A program made the translations under genes and the position numbers. A stretch of 64,000 nt of DNA from an uncultured Ruminococcus sp. GTDB taxonomy: Bacteria > Bacillota > Clostridia > Oscillospirales > CAG-272. The stretch spans positions 12,662 to 76,661 of the forward strand of contig CACZNC010000019.1 in NCBI GenBank assembly GCA_902782445.1. The letters are read 5' to 3'. Positions 35,577 through 49,840 of this stretch are shown here, piece after piece (within the stretch, counting starts at the first letter, position 1; each line of letters begins with the position of its first letter). The notes under the pieces are model-generated. The model made no database searches and was not told the origin of the DNA. It was given only the letters and a program-made list of their open reading frames with translations.

Positions 35577-38156
35577 ATGCGGTATGAGAACGAAACCGGC
35601 CGGATCATCGTAGCAGTGACGGATCTGGCGCGGTATGCCTACCAGCGGGAAAATCCGCGCCTGCTGTCCGAACGGTACGGCTTCGTCCGGCTGGCGGAGA
35701 ACGGCGAATTCCCCGATCCTTTCGGAGTCGATCCCGGGCCGGACGACGGGGAGTTTTCCGCAGCCTCTCCCATCGAGCGCGGAACGGAGCTTCATCACGT
35801 TCTCGAAACCGACGCCGCCCTCTTGGAAGACGCAAGGACCGAAGTCCCGCTTTCCAGAACGGTCCAGAGGGACGAACTTTTGATCTCGGTCGAGGGATAT
35901 GCCGATAGTATCTCCTTCGACGGGCGGATTCATACGGTCGAAGAGATCAAGACGATGCGCTCCCTCCCGCGGACGCTGAATCCCCTCTCCGATCCCTCCC
36001 ATTTCGCCCAGGCCGCCGTTTATGCCGCCCTGTTCGCGGAGACGTCGGGTCTCGGTTCGGTGAAGATCCGTCTGACCTATCAGAAGCAGTCGGGCGGGGA
36101 ACGGGCGTCCTTCGAGGCGGTCTTCGGGAAGGAAACGCTCGGGCGGATGTTCGACGCGCTGATCGAACGGGCTCTTCCCTTCTTCCGGGCTTATGCGGAC
36201 CGGTTCACCGTGTTCCGGGAGGAGACTTCCGCCATGCCCTTTCCCTATTCCTCTGTCCGCGAGGGACAGCGGGCCTTCATCCAGTCCGCATACCGCGCCG
36301 CGAGACAGGGGAGGAATCTTCTGGTCTCGGCTCCGACGGGGATCGGCAAGACCATGTCCGCGCTCTTCCCCTCCGTGAAAGCGGTCGGAGAGGGACTGGC
36401 GGACAAGATCTTTTACTTCACGGCGAAAAATGTGACCGGACAGGCCGCGCTGGACGCCGCCCGACGTCTCTCCCGGTCCGCGCCCCACCTCAGAACGGTC
36501 ATGATCTCCTCGAAGGAATCGGTGTGTCCCCTGAATAAGGAAGCGCGTAAGTTGAACACTCCGTTCCGTATGGACTGCCGGTCCTGCGAGCGGGTGGACG
36601 GGGTGACGGACGATTTCGGCGTGACCTTCATCCCCTACCGCGAACGCCAGATCCGCGCCCTGACGGAACTGCTCGGATCCGACGATCCGATCTACACGAC
36701 CGACAGACTGATCCGGAAAGCGGAGGAGCACCGGGTCTGTCCCTACGAGCTCAGTCTCGATCTTTCGGAAGCCTGCGTTCTGATCGTCTGCGACTACAAC
36801 TACGTCCTCGACGAAAACGTGCGGTTCCGCCGGTATTTCAAGGATCCCGGGAATACGGAGAAATATCTCTTTCTCTTCGACGAGGCCCATAATCTGCCCG
36901 ACCGGACCCGCGCCGTCTATTCCGCGAAACTCGGCGAGGATTTCCTTGCGAAGCTTTCGGAATGCGCGTCCTCTTCCCTGCCGGAGGAGGCGGATCTTGC
37001 GGCTCAGATCGGAGAATTCGCGGACGCTCTCAGAGAGGTCTCCTCCCTCTGCGACGAGGACGAATATGTCCGGTCCACCCCAGACGGAGAGGTGACAGGC
37101 GCGTACCATCAGGGGGAGAGGGTCCCCGGCAATCTCGTCCGCTGTTCCGCGAATCTGGTCCGCACCATGCGGCAGATCGAACGGGACGACGCCGAGGCAG
37201 GGGAACTTCTCCGGCCATTTTCCGACGATCTGCGGCAGTTCGTGTTCGCCGCGTCCTTCTTCGACAAGCATTTCCGCTTTTTCGCGCATCGGGAGGGAGA
37301 CAGCCTGCTGTGCGAGATCCTCTGTCTCGATCCGTCGGGGATCCTCGAACGGATGCTTGCCGCCGGGAAATCGTCGATCCTGTTTTCCGCCACCCTCGCG
37401 CCGACGGAGTATTTCCGTGAGGTGACGGGGATGCGGGGCGCGGAAACGCTGGAACTTCCCTCCCCTTACGAGCGGGATCACCTCTGTCTCGTCGCCTACG
37501 ACGGAGTGAGCACCCGCTACGGGGACCGGAAGGAGACCGCCGAGGACTGCGCCGGGATCGTCTATGAAACCGTTTCCGCCCGGGAGGGGAATTATCTCGT
37601 TTTCTTTCCTTCCTACGAGTATATGAAACGGGTATGCCGGGCGTTCCTCGCGCTCTCTCCGGACTGCGACGTGGTGATGCAGAAACCGGGGATGAGCAGG
37701 CGGGAGCGGGAAAAGTTCATGTCCCTCTTCCGGGAGCGCGGGCGGCGTGCCATGGCGGGATTCTGCGTGCTCGGCGGAATGTTCTCGGAGGGGATTGACC
37801 TGACCGGGGAAAGTCTGATCGGAGCGGTCGTCTTCGGGACGGGGATGCCCCAGCTCTCCCCCGAGCGGAACCTCATGTCGATGTACTACCAGGAGACGGC
37901 GGAGAGGGGATTCGACTTCGCCTATCTCTGCCCCGGGATGAACAAAGTCCAGCAGGCTGCGGGCCGCGTGATCCGCTCCGAAAAGGACGTGGGCGTGGTG
38001 GTGCTGGCGGACGACCGCTTCGGAGAACCCCGGATGAAGACCCTGTTTCCCCGGCACTGGCGGCACATGAAATACACGGGGGATCCCGCTTCCCTCGGCC
38101 GGATCCTCGAGGAATTCTGGGACGCACATCCGGCTGAAACGGCTGACAAAAATTGA
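35577..38156 (+). CDS. XPD/DinG-family Fe-S DNA helicase with an N-terminal RecB/Cas4-like PD-(D/E)xK nuclease domain
   Basis: 859 aa. Nuclease motifs VEGYADSISF, TVEEIKT and QAAVY in the first 230 aa. Helicase motifs: Walker A APTGIGKT, four Cys (CPL, CRSC, CPYE), DEAH-box FDEAHNL, and QAAGRVIRS. Confidence 0.8.
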   Translation: MRYENETGRIIVAVTDLARYAYQRENPRLLSERYGFVRLAENGEFPDPFGVDPGPDDGEFSAASPIERGTELHHVLETDAALLEDARTEVPLSRTVQRDELLISVEGYADSISFDGRIHTVEEIKTMRSLPRTLNPLSDPSHFAQAAVYAALFAETSGLGSVKIRLTYQKQSGGERASFEAVFGKETLGRMFDALIERALPFFRAYADRFTVFREETSAMPFPYSSVREGQRAFIQSAYRAARQGRNLLVSAPTGIGKTMSALFPSVKAVGEGLADKIFYFTAKNVTGQAALDAARRLSRSAPHLRTVMISSKESVCPLNKEARKLNTPFRMDCRSCERVDGVTDDFGVTFIPYRERQIRALTELLGSDDPIYTTDRLIRKAEEHRVCPYELSLDLSEACVLIVCDYNYVLDENVRFRRYFKDPGNTEKYLFLFDEAHNLPDRTRAVYSAKLGEDFLAKLSECASSSLPEEADLAAQIGEFADALREVSSLCDEDEYVRSTPDGEVTGAYHQGERVPGNLVRCSANLVRTMRQIERDDAEAGELLRPFSDDLRQFVFAASFFDKHFRFFAHREGDSLLCEILCLDPSGILERMLAAGKSSILFSATLAPTEYFREVTGMRGAETLELPSPYERDHLCLVAYDGVSTRYGDRKETAEDCAGIVYETVSAREGNYLVFFPSYEYMKRVCRAFLALSPDCDVVMQKPGMSRREREKFMSLFRERGRRAMAGFCVLGGMFSEGIDLTGESLIGAVVFGTGMPQLSPERNLMSMYYQETAERGFDFAYLCPGMNKVQQAAGRVIRSEKDVGVVVLADDRFGEPRMKTLFPRHWRHMKYTGDPASLGRILEEFWDAHPAETADKN

Positions 38157-38344
38157 AATCCGGCGAGGCAGCTTTTTTCGCAAATCGCTGAAATTCAAGT
38201 TTTTCGGCCGTTCTTCTTTTCTTGAAAGGGAAAATGTGATATAATAACAAGGTTGGAACAGATTTCCCGGGATATTTGCAGCCCGGCGCGATATTGTAAA
38301 TTCGGAAAGGTATTTTCTCAAGCGGGAAAAGAAGGGTTGTTGTT

Positions 38345-40177
<1,833 letters not shown>

Positions 40178-40189
40178 TCCCGAAAGAAA

Positions 40190-40230
40190 GAGCGGAACCC
40201 GTTTTTGGATTCCGCTCCGCTTTGGTTTTG
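40190..40230 (+). terminator. intrinsic terminator after typA
   Basis: GAGCGGAA-12 nt-TTCCGCTC followed by a T-rich run. Confidence 0.55.
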
Positions 40231-40248
40231 ATACGAATCACCGGGATT

Positions 40249-40539
40249 TTACGCGCGCCTGTTCAGCGCTTCATGGATTTTACCGGCGACACCGCGGCAC
40301 TTTTCAAGCCCGAAGTCTTCCGGGAAAAATTGATTAGAAAACACGCTGTTCACCGCTTCGGCAATTTCTTCCGCTGTCAAGCCCGGAGAGATCCTTTCTG
40401 CTACCATCCTGCTTTCGGTATCAAATTCGTCTTCCGGCGCACCGATCTCCAGCAGTCCGTAGGGATCCCATTCGTCCACGCAGCTTTTGACTGCGGCATA
40501 GACCGGGTCCAGGTTCCCGCGAAGAGAAAGCTGTTCCAT
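40249..40539 (-). CDS. DUF1871-like small protein
   Basis: I prefer ATG 40539 (MEQLSLRGN..., RBS GAGAGGTG), because a consensus promoter lies inside the longer ORF-track version. CVDEWDPYGLL...EDEFD fits DUF1871. Confidence 0.6.
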   Translation of the reverse strand: MEQLSLRGNLDPVYAAVKSCVDEWDPYGLLEIGAPEDEFDTESRMVAERISPGLTAEEIAEAVNSVFSNQFFPEDFGLEKCRGVAGKIHEALNRRA

Positions 40540-40573
40540 CGTTTCACACCTCTCCGACATTGTTTCTTTCTGA

Positions 40574-40602
40574 ATTATATCAACTTCTTCCTGCGCAGTC
40601 AA
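40574..40602 (-). promoter_or_regulatory. consensus sigma-A promoter (TTGACT-17-TATAAT) for the DUF1871 gene
   Basis: The minus strand reads TTGACTgcgcaggaagaagttgaTATAAT. Confidence 0.65.
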
Positions 40603-40611
40603 TGAAAAACC

Positions 40612-40631
40612 GAAACTTTTTTGAAAGTTTC
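40612..40631. promoter_or_regulatory. 8-bp inverted repeat GAAACTTT-tttg-AAAGTTTC between divergent promoters (candidate operator)
   Basis: Perfect arms. It lies 10 nt from the minus-strand -35 and 12 nt from the PFOR -35. Confidence 0.4.
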
Positions 40632-40642
40632 AGAAAAAAGAC

Positions 40643-40671
40643 TTTACTTTTCACGCCCGTTAGGGTATAAT
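40643..40671 (+). promoter_or_regulatory. sigma-A-type promoter (TTTACT-17-TATAAT) for the PFOR gene
   Basis: The hexamers lie about 80 nt upstream of ATG 40750. Confidence 0.6.
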
Positions 40672-40749
40672 GAATAGGATTGAAACGCCGCCTCCCGCGG
40701 TATGTGCAGTCGAACGCCGTTTACAATTTTTTACGGAGGAATATACAGC

Positions 40750-44245
<3,496 letters not shown>

Positions 44246-44270
44246 TCTTCGAAACGGCGAAACAAACAGA

Positions 44271-44312
44271 AAAAGGGGATGCGTTCCGGCGTGTCCCCTT
44301 TCTTACGTTTTT
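44271..44312 (+). terminator. intrinsic terminator after the PFOR gene
   Basis: AAAGGGGA-14 nt-TCCCCTTT followed by a T-rich run. Confidence 0.6.
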
Positions 44313-44368
44313 CCTTCGATTATTTCAGCACATCGGACAAAAATTCCTTTGGAATTCACGATTTTTTC

Positions 44369-44397
44369 TTGCTCTTTCTCCCCGAAACTGATATAAT
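44369..44397 (+). promoter_or_regulatory. sigma-A-type promoter with extended -10 (TTGCTC-17-TGaTATAAT)
   Basis: The hexamers lie about 34 nt upstream of ATG 44431. Confidence 0.6.
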
Positions 44398-44430
44398 AGA
44401 AGAAAGATCATCGGATGAAGGAGTCCGGCC

Positions 44431-46395
44431 ATGAAAAAACGCATCCTCACCGCAGTACTCGCCGCGCTGGTCCTTGCCATGCCCGCCGCAGAGACGCATT
44501 TTCCCCGTCTTCCCTCGTTCGCCGCGCGGGCCGAGGCATCGGGTCTCCTCACCGAAACCGAAATCCGGCTGCCCGCCCTTCCCGCCGCCGGGGACAGTCC
44601 GACCCCGGATCTCTATACCGTCTCTGAGGGGACCCTCTCCATGACGCGCTGGATCGACATGGCGGAAAAGCGTCCCCTCGGCCCCGATGACCGGTTTTCC
44701 GAAGGGCATGTCTGCTCCTTCTCCGCCTATATCGACGCGCCCGACGACTCCGGCTGGGCTGTGACCTCCGACGGGTATCCGAAGGTCCGGGTCACCTGTA
44801 CGGCAGGCGAAGAGACGACCGAAGCGACCTCCGTCATGTTCAATCCGAACGCCGACGGAAGCGTCACCCTTCTCGCCGTCTTTGTCTTCACGGTCCGCAC
44901 GAAGGGGACGATCGTCGGGCATGAAGATCCGGACGAACAGGGGGATACGACCGAACCTTCCATTACTGATGAACCCGCGGATCCCTCCGTTCCTCCCGAA
45001 TCGGGGGAGATCACGGTTTCGCCGCCCGAACCGAAAGACGACGGTCCCATCGTCCGGTCCGCCGTGGTCCGCGGAGCGAGAGTTCCCGGGGACGGCGCAA
45101 AGATGCAGAGTTCAGGATGGGACGCCTCCCCCTGTACCGTGCGGGACTGCGGCTGGTACAATGTTACCGACGCCCGCGCCATGAAGACCGGCGAGACCTT
45201 CGTGGGGGGCAAGGAGTATGACGTTTCGCTCTTCCTGCTTCCTCCCGGGGGGAAGGAATGGGCGGAGGAGGTCTCCCTTTTCCTCGAACTCGAAAACGGA
45301 ACGAAAGTCTCCCCTTCCCGCTGTTTCTTCCAGACGGATGCGGACGGTACGACATTCCTGATCGGCGATTTCATCCTCACCGCCATGTACGAAGGACCCG
45401 TCAGACCGGCACAGCCCGAAACGCCGAAGGAGGAGGACAAACCCGCCGAAACTCCCGGGAGCACCGGAGCGGTGTATGTCTCCCTCTCGATCACGCAGGA
45501 GCCCTCCGATCTCGCGGCAGTTCCAGGGTCCTCCGTCCTCTTCCGGGCGGGGTGCGGCGATCCGAACGCCGTGTGCCGCTGGGTCGCCATGAACGGGGAC
45601 ACGCTCATCCCCCTCTCCGACGGTCCCTTCGGCTACGGCTCCGAACTATCCGGGACCGCCACGGCCGAGCTTACGATCGGAAACGTCTCCGAAGCGTTCT
45701 CCGGGCTCTCCTTCTTCTGCATCTTCACCGACCGGGAGGGAGTCACCCTCTCGACCCGCGCCGCCCTCCTGACCGTGGGGGCCGCCCCGGATCCCGAGCC
45801 CTCCTTCACGGACGTCGGTCCGGACGACTGGTATTTCTCCTCCGCGGAGCGCGCCTCCTCCCTCGGTCTGATGAACGGACGGGGCAGCGGGAAGTTCGTT
45901 CCCGACGGGACCTTGACCTACGCGGAAGCCGTCAAGCTCGCCGCCTGCATCCGTCAGCGCGTTCTCGACGGAGCCGTGAGCCTTCAGAACGGGGATCCGT
46001 GGTACGCGCCGTACATCGACTACGCGGCGGAAACGGGGATCCTGACGGACACAGAAGCGGAGGGAACGCTCTCGGCCGCCGATATCTACGCCGCGGCGAA
46101 TGATCCCGTCAGCCGGTCGGCCTTCGCCTGGATCTTCTCCCGCGCGCTCCCGGAAGGGACCCTGCCCGCCGTCAACGAGATCCCGGACGGCTCGATTCCG
46201 GACGTGACGGAGCCGGGCGAACGGTCAGCGGCGGTTTACATTCTCTACCGCGCCGGGATCATGAACGGAAGCGACCGATACGGGACCTTCCGCCCGGACG
46301 CCGCGATCAAACGCTCCGAGGTGGCGGCAGTCGCCGTGCGCATGATTCTCTCGGAAGAACGGGTAGGCGCGCCGGAATCCCTCGGGGTACGGTAA
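44431..46395 (+). CDS. secreted cell-wall-anchored protein with C-terminal SLH domains
   Basis: 654 aa. It has a signal peptide, two related N-terminal modules, an Ig-like module, then SLH repeats (FTDVGPDDWYFSSAERASSLGLMNGRGSGKFVPDGTLTYAEAVKLA; a second at IPDVTEPGERSAAVYILYRAGIMNGSD). Confidence 0.8.
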   Translation: MKKRILTAVLAALVLAMPAAETHFPRLPSFAARAEASGLLTETEIRLPALPAAGDSPTPDLYTVSEGTLSMTRWIDMAEKRPLGPDDRFSEGHVCSFSAYIDAPDDSGWAVTSDGYPKVRVTCTAGEETTEATSVMFNPNADGSVTLLAVFVFTVRTKGTIVGHEDPDEQGDTTEPSITDEPADPSVPPESGEITVSPPEPKDDGPIVRSAVVRGARVPGDGAKMQSSGWDASPCTVRDCGWYNVTDARAMKTGETFVGGKEYDVSLFLLPPGGKEWAEEVSLFLELENGTKVSPSRCFFQTDADGTTFLIGDFILTAMYEGPVRPAQPETPKEEDKPAETPGSTGAVYVSLSITQEPSDLAAVPGSSVLFRAGCGDPNAVCRWVAMNGDTLIPLSDGPFGYGSELSGTATAELTIGNVSEAFSGLSFFCIFTDREGVTLSTRAALLTVGAAPDPEPSFTDVGPDDWYFSSAERASSLGLMNGRGSGKFVPDGTLTYAEAVKLAACIRQRVLDGAVSLQNGDPWYAPYIDYAAETGILTDTEAEGTLSAADIYAAANDPVSRSAFAWIFSRALPEGTLPAVNEIPDGSIPDVTEPGERSAAVYILYRAGIMNGSDRYGTFRPDAAIKRSEVAAVAVRMILSEERVGAPESLGVR

Positions 46396-46506
46396 GTCCG
46401 ATCCCGCATACCGTTCAGCAGATACTATGTCAGCAAAGCCGCCGGACAGTCTCCGGATTCTCTTCTCCGGGCGGACGGCGAAACAACATACAGAAAGGCA
46501 GACCCC

Positions 46507-47094
46507 ATGAAAAAACTATCGGCGATCCTTCTTCTCCCGTGCCTCCTCTGCTCCCTCTTTTTCACCTCCTGCGGATCCGGCACACCCGCGGCCGATCCCG
46601 GCGCTTCCGATCCCGGAACGGTCTCCGACGGCGGAGGTGAAACTCCCGCGGAACCGGTGGATCTCGACGCCCTCGTCGCTTCGATCTGCGAAAAATACGA
46701 TCTGACCGCCGGATTCATCTTCACATCCAGTTCCGAAGAGATGGGCGAATATCTGGACGAGGACCTCATCCAGTCCTACTACGGTGACGCCTCGGACAAG
46801 CCGGATTTCTCGAAGGTCTCGGAGTACTGTCTCTACGTGGACGAGAGCGACCCGGACATCATCATCGACGTGGGGGTCTTCCGCATGGCGGACAAGTCCT
46901 ATTCCGACACCTTCATGCAGTACCTCCAGTCCCGCATTGACGTCAAGATCGAAAACGGCGCGCGTTACACGAACATCGACGTCGCCACCCTGAAAAAATC
47001 GGTCGTCGCGAAAACGGGGGACTATGTCTATTACGTGATCTCCTATTCCACCGCCGAAATCGTCGCGGATCTCAAAGCCGCCCTCGGGAAATAA
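46507..47094 (+). CDS. DUF4358-like lipoprotein
   Basis: 195 aa with lipobox LFFTSCGS. The overall pattern fits DUF4358 as I recall it. Confidence 0.55.
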   Translation: MKKLSAILLLPCLLCSLFFTSCGSGTPAADPGASDPGTVSDGGGETPAEPVDLDALVASICEKYDLTAGFIFTSSSEEMGEYLDEDLIQSYYGDASDKPDFSKVSEYCLYVDESDPDIIIDVGVFRMADKSYSDTFMQYLQSRIDVKIENGARYTNIDVATLKKSVVAKTGDYVYYVISYSTAEIVADLKAALGK

Positions 47095-47097
47095 AAC

Positions 47098-48591
47098 ATG
47101 GTCTTTTCTTCCCTGATCTTTCTCTTCGCCTTCCTCCCGGTGACCCTCGCGCTGTATTATATCGTCCCTGGGAGAAAGGCGCGGAACTGGGTGCTCTTCC
47201 TTTTAAGCCTGGTCTTCTACGGCTGGGGGGAGCCCGTCTACATCCTCGTGATGCTCTTCTCCATCGTCTCCGCCTGGGGGTTCGGATTCCTCATCGGGCG
47301 GCACCGGGAGAGTTCCCCGAAACGGGCGCGGGCGTGGATGGCGGTTTCCCTCTCCGTCAATCTGGCGGCACTCCTGTTCTTCAAATACGCGAATTTCTTT
47401 CTCTCGAACCTCCGCCTGTTCCCGCCGCTCACGGACAGGATCTCCCTGATCGAAGGGCTGACCCTTCCCATCGGGATCTCCTTCTATACCTTTCAGATCA
47501 TGTCCTACACCATTGATCTGTTCCGGGGAAAGACGGAAGTCCAGCGCAATTTCGTGGCCTTCGGCGCCTATGTCACCCTTTTCCCGCAGCTCATCGCCGG
47601 TCCCATCGTGCGTTACCGGGACGTGGACGACCAGCTGACGGACAGGAGGGAGACCGTCCCTCTGTTTTCCAGCGGCGTGCGCCGGTTCCTGATCGGTCTC
47701 GGGAAAAAGGTCCTGATCGGCGACGCCTGTTCCCGGGTTTACGAATACGCGAAGGGGACCGCTTCCTTCCGGGCGACCGCAGTCGGGGCGTGGATGGTCA
47801 TGATCTTCTACACCATGCACATCTACTACGATTTCTCGGGCTACTCCGACATGGCGATCGGGCTCGGGAGGATGTTCGGGTTCCGTTTCCTCGAAAACTT
47901 CAACTACCCTTATATTTCGGGGAGCATCACGGAATTCTGGCGCAGATGGCACATGTCCCTCGGCAACTGGTTCCGCGAATACGTCTACATCCCCCTCGGC
48001 GGAAACCGGAAGGGAAAGCTGAAACAGTACCGCAACATAGCGGTGGTCTGGTTCCTTACCGGCTTCTGGCACGGCGCGAACTGGAACTACATCCTCTGGG
48101 GCGTGTACTTCGGCGCGATCCTGATGCTCGAAAAGACCTTCCTTTTGAAGATCCTCGACAGGCTCCCGGGATTTGTGCGGCGGCTCTACGCGATCCTGCT
48201 CGTGGGATTCGGCTGGATCCTCTTTTCCCACACGGATCTCGCAGCGGGCTGGACCTGCTTCGTCTCCCTCTTCGGGATCGGGACGGAGGCATTCTGCACG
48301 CCGACCGTGGGATACGAACTGCTCCACGCCCTGCCCCTTCTTCTGATCGCGGCGGTCGGCGCAACTCCTTGGCCCGCGGAGATCTGGAACAGGCTTTCGG
48401 GATACCGGTGGTGCGGCGAAGGAGCCGTGACCGATACGGGCGAGCAGATCCCCTTCACGGACACCGTTCTCACCGCGCGGGGCAAGGTCTTCGCAGTCCT
48501 GACGACCGTCGGGTGCATCCTGCTCCTCTTCGTCACGACAGCCTATCTGGTCGATTCCACATTCAGCCCGTTTCTGTATTTCATCTTCTAG
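47098..48591 (+). CDS. MBOAT-family membrane O-acyltransferase (AlgI/DltB/PatA-like)
   Basis: 497 aa, starting 3 nt after the previous stop. FYTFQIMSYTIDLFRG, FPQLIAGPIVRY, FWRRWHMSLGNWFREYVYIPLGGNR and the conserved His in WHGANWN. Confidence 0.9.
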   Translation: MVFSSLIFLFAFLPVTLALYYIVPGRKARNWVLFLLSLVFYGWGEPVYILVMLFSIVSAWGFGFLIGRHRESSPKRARAWMAVSLSVNLAALLFFKYANFFLSNLRLFPPLTDRISLIEGLTLPIGISFYTFQIMSYTIDLFRGKTEVQRNFVAFGAYVTLFPQLIAGPIVRYRDVDDQLTDRRETVPLFSSGVRRFLIGLGKKVLIGDACSRVYEYAKGTASFRATAVGAWMVMIFYTMHIYYDFSGYSDMAIGLGRMFGFRFLENFNYPYISGSITEFWRRWHMSLGNWFREYVYIPLGGNRKGKLKQYRNIAVVWFLTGFWHGANWNYILWGVYFGAILMLEKTFLLKILDRLPGFVRRLYAILLVGFGWILFSHTDLAAGWTCFVSLFGIGTEAFCTPTVGYELLHALPLLLIAAVGATPWPAEIWNRLSGYRWCGEGAVTDTGEQIPFTDTVLTARGKVFAVLTTVGCILLLFVTTAYLVDSTFSPFLYFIF

Positions 48592-48600
48592 GAGGACGGC

Positions 48601-49815
48601 ATGAAAGAAAAAGTTCATCTCATCACCGCCGTCTTCTTCGCGCTCTTCGTCATCATCGTCGGGCTCGCCTTCGTGATCCTGCCCGACCGGGATTTCTCGC
48701 CGGAGGAAAACCGCTCCCTCGCTCTCTTCCCGGAATTCAGCTGGGAGAGGCTGGCGGACGGATCCTTCTCCTCGGAGATCAACGATTATTTCGCCGATCA
48801 GTTCCCTGCCCGCGGCCTTTTCGTCGGCGTCAAGGGAATAGCGGAAACCCTGATGCAGCGGGGCGAAAATAACGGCGTTCTGCTGGGGGAGGACGGTCAG
48901 CTCGCGGTCCGGCGGTTCCGCATTTACAAGAGCCGGATCGAACACGCGGACGACATGGATTACTACTCCCCCGACGCGGTCCGCATGAATCTCGACGGCA
49001 TCGCCGCGTGGGTTCAGTCCTCCGGGATCGAGACCGTGACGGTCCTGCCTCCCCGGTCGGTGGACGTCTGCTCCTCCGCTTTCTCCTATCCCCGGGAGAT
49101 CTCCGACGCGCTTTACGCCGATGTCTCCTCCCTCGATCCGGCGGCGGGACCCGTCGATCTGCTTCCCCTGATGCGGGAGCGGTATGAGGCAGGGGAGTAC
49201 GTCTATCTGCGCACGGACCACCACTGGAACGGCCGCGGGGCCTATCTCTCCTACCGGGAGATCATGAAGCGGTTCGGCATGGAGGACGAAATCCTCCCCG
49301 AAGACACGTTCGTGTACGAACAGGTCCCGGACTTCTACGGCACCACCTGGTCGAAATCGGGCCTGCGTTTCGTCGGGCCGGACACCCTTGAGATCCCCCT
49401 CTTCGGCGACGAAGAAGATCGCTTCGAAACGGTCTGCCTCTCCGAACGCACCGTCAAGGGGGAGGACGGCAAGCCGAAGAAATCCCTCGAACCCTACAAA
49501 TCCTTCGACGGCTGGATGAACCGGGACTATCTCTCCGAAAAGGACAAATACGGCGCGCTGCTCGACGGGACCCACAACATCCAGACGGTGTTCTCGAAGA
49601 CGGAAGAGCGCGAACGCCTCCTTGTCGTGAAGGACTCCTTCGCAAATCTCCTCGTCCCCTTCCTCGCGCGGCATTTCGATCTTGTGATCCTCAATCTCTC
49701 GGGCGGCGTCACGGACGCTTCCCGCTTTGCGGAGGAATTCGGAACGACCCGCGCCCTCATCGTGTACAACTGGGAAAATCTCATCACCGGTACATATCCG
49801 GGCAATCTCCGGTAA
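48601..49815 (+). CDS. DHHW-family protein (AlgJ/AlgX/PatB-like acyl-transfer partner)
   Basis: 404 aa with an N-terminal TM anchor and the motif YLRTDHHWNGRGAY. Confidence 0.8.
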   Translation: MKEKVHLITAVFFALFVIIVGLAFVILPDRDFSPEENRSLALFPEFSWERLADGSFSSEINDYFADQFPARGLFVGVKGIAETLMQRGENNGVLLGEDGQLAVRRFRIYKSRIEHADDMDYYSPDAVRMNLDGIAAWVQSSGIETVTVLPPRSVDVCSSAFSYPREISDALYADVSSLDPAAGPVDLLPLMRERYEAGEYVYLRTDHHWNGRGAYLSYREIMKRFGMEDEILPEDTFVYEQVPDFYGTTWSKSGLRFVGPDTLEIPLFGDEEDRFETVCLSERTVKGEDGKPKKSLEPYKSFDGWMNRDYLSEKDKYGALLDGTHNIQTVFSKTEERERLLVVKDSFANLLVPFLARHFDLVILNLSGGVTDASRFAEEFGTTRALIVYNWENLITGTYPGNLR

Positions 49816-49840
49816 TCTTACTACGAGGTACTACTCCATC

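Noticed and set aside
35007-38321. 1104-aa minus-strand ORF
   Set aside because: It lies antisense to the GNAT and helicase genes, both of which carry unmistakable motifs. It has no motif of its own.
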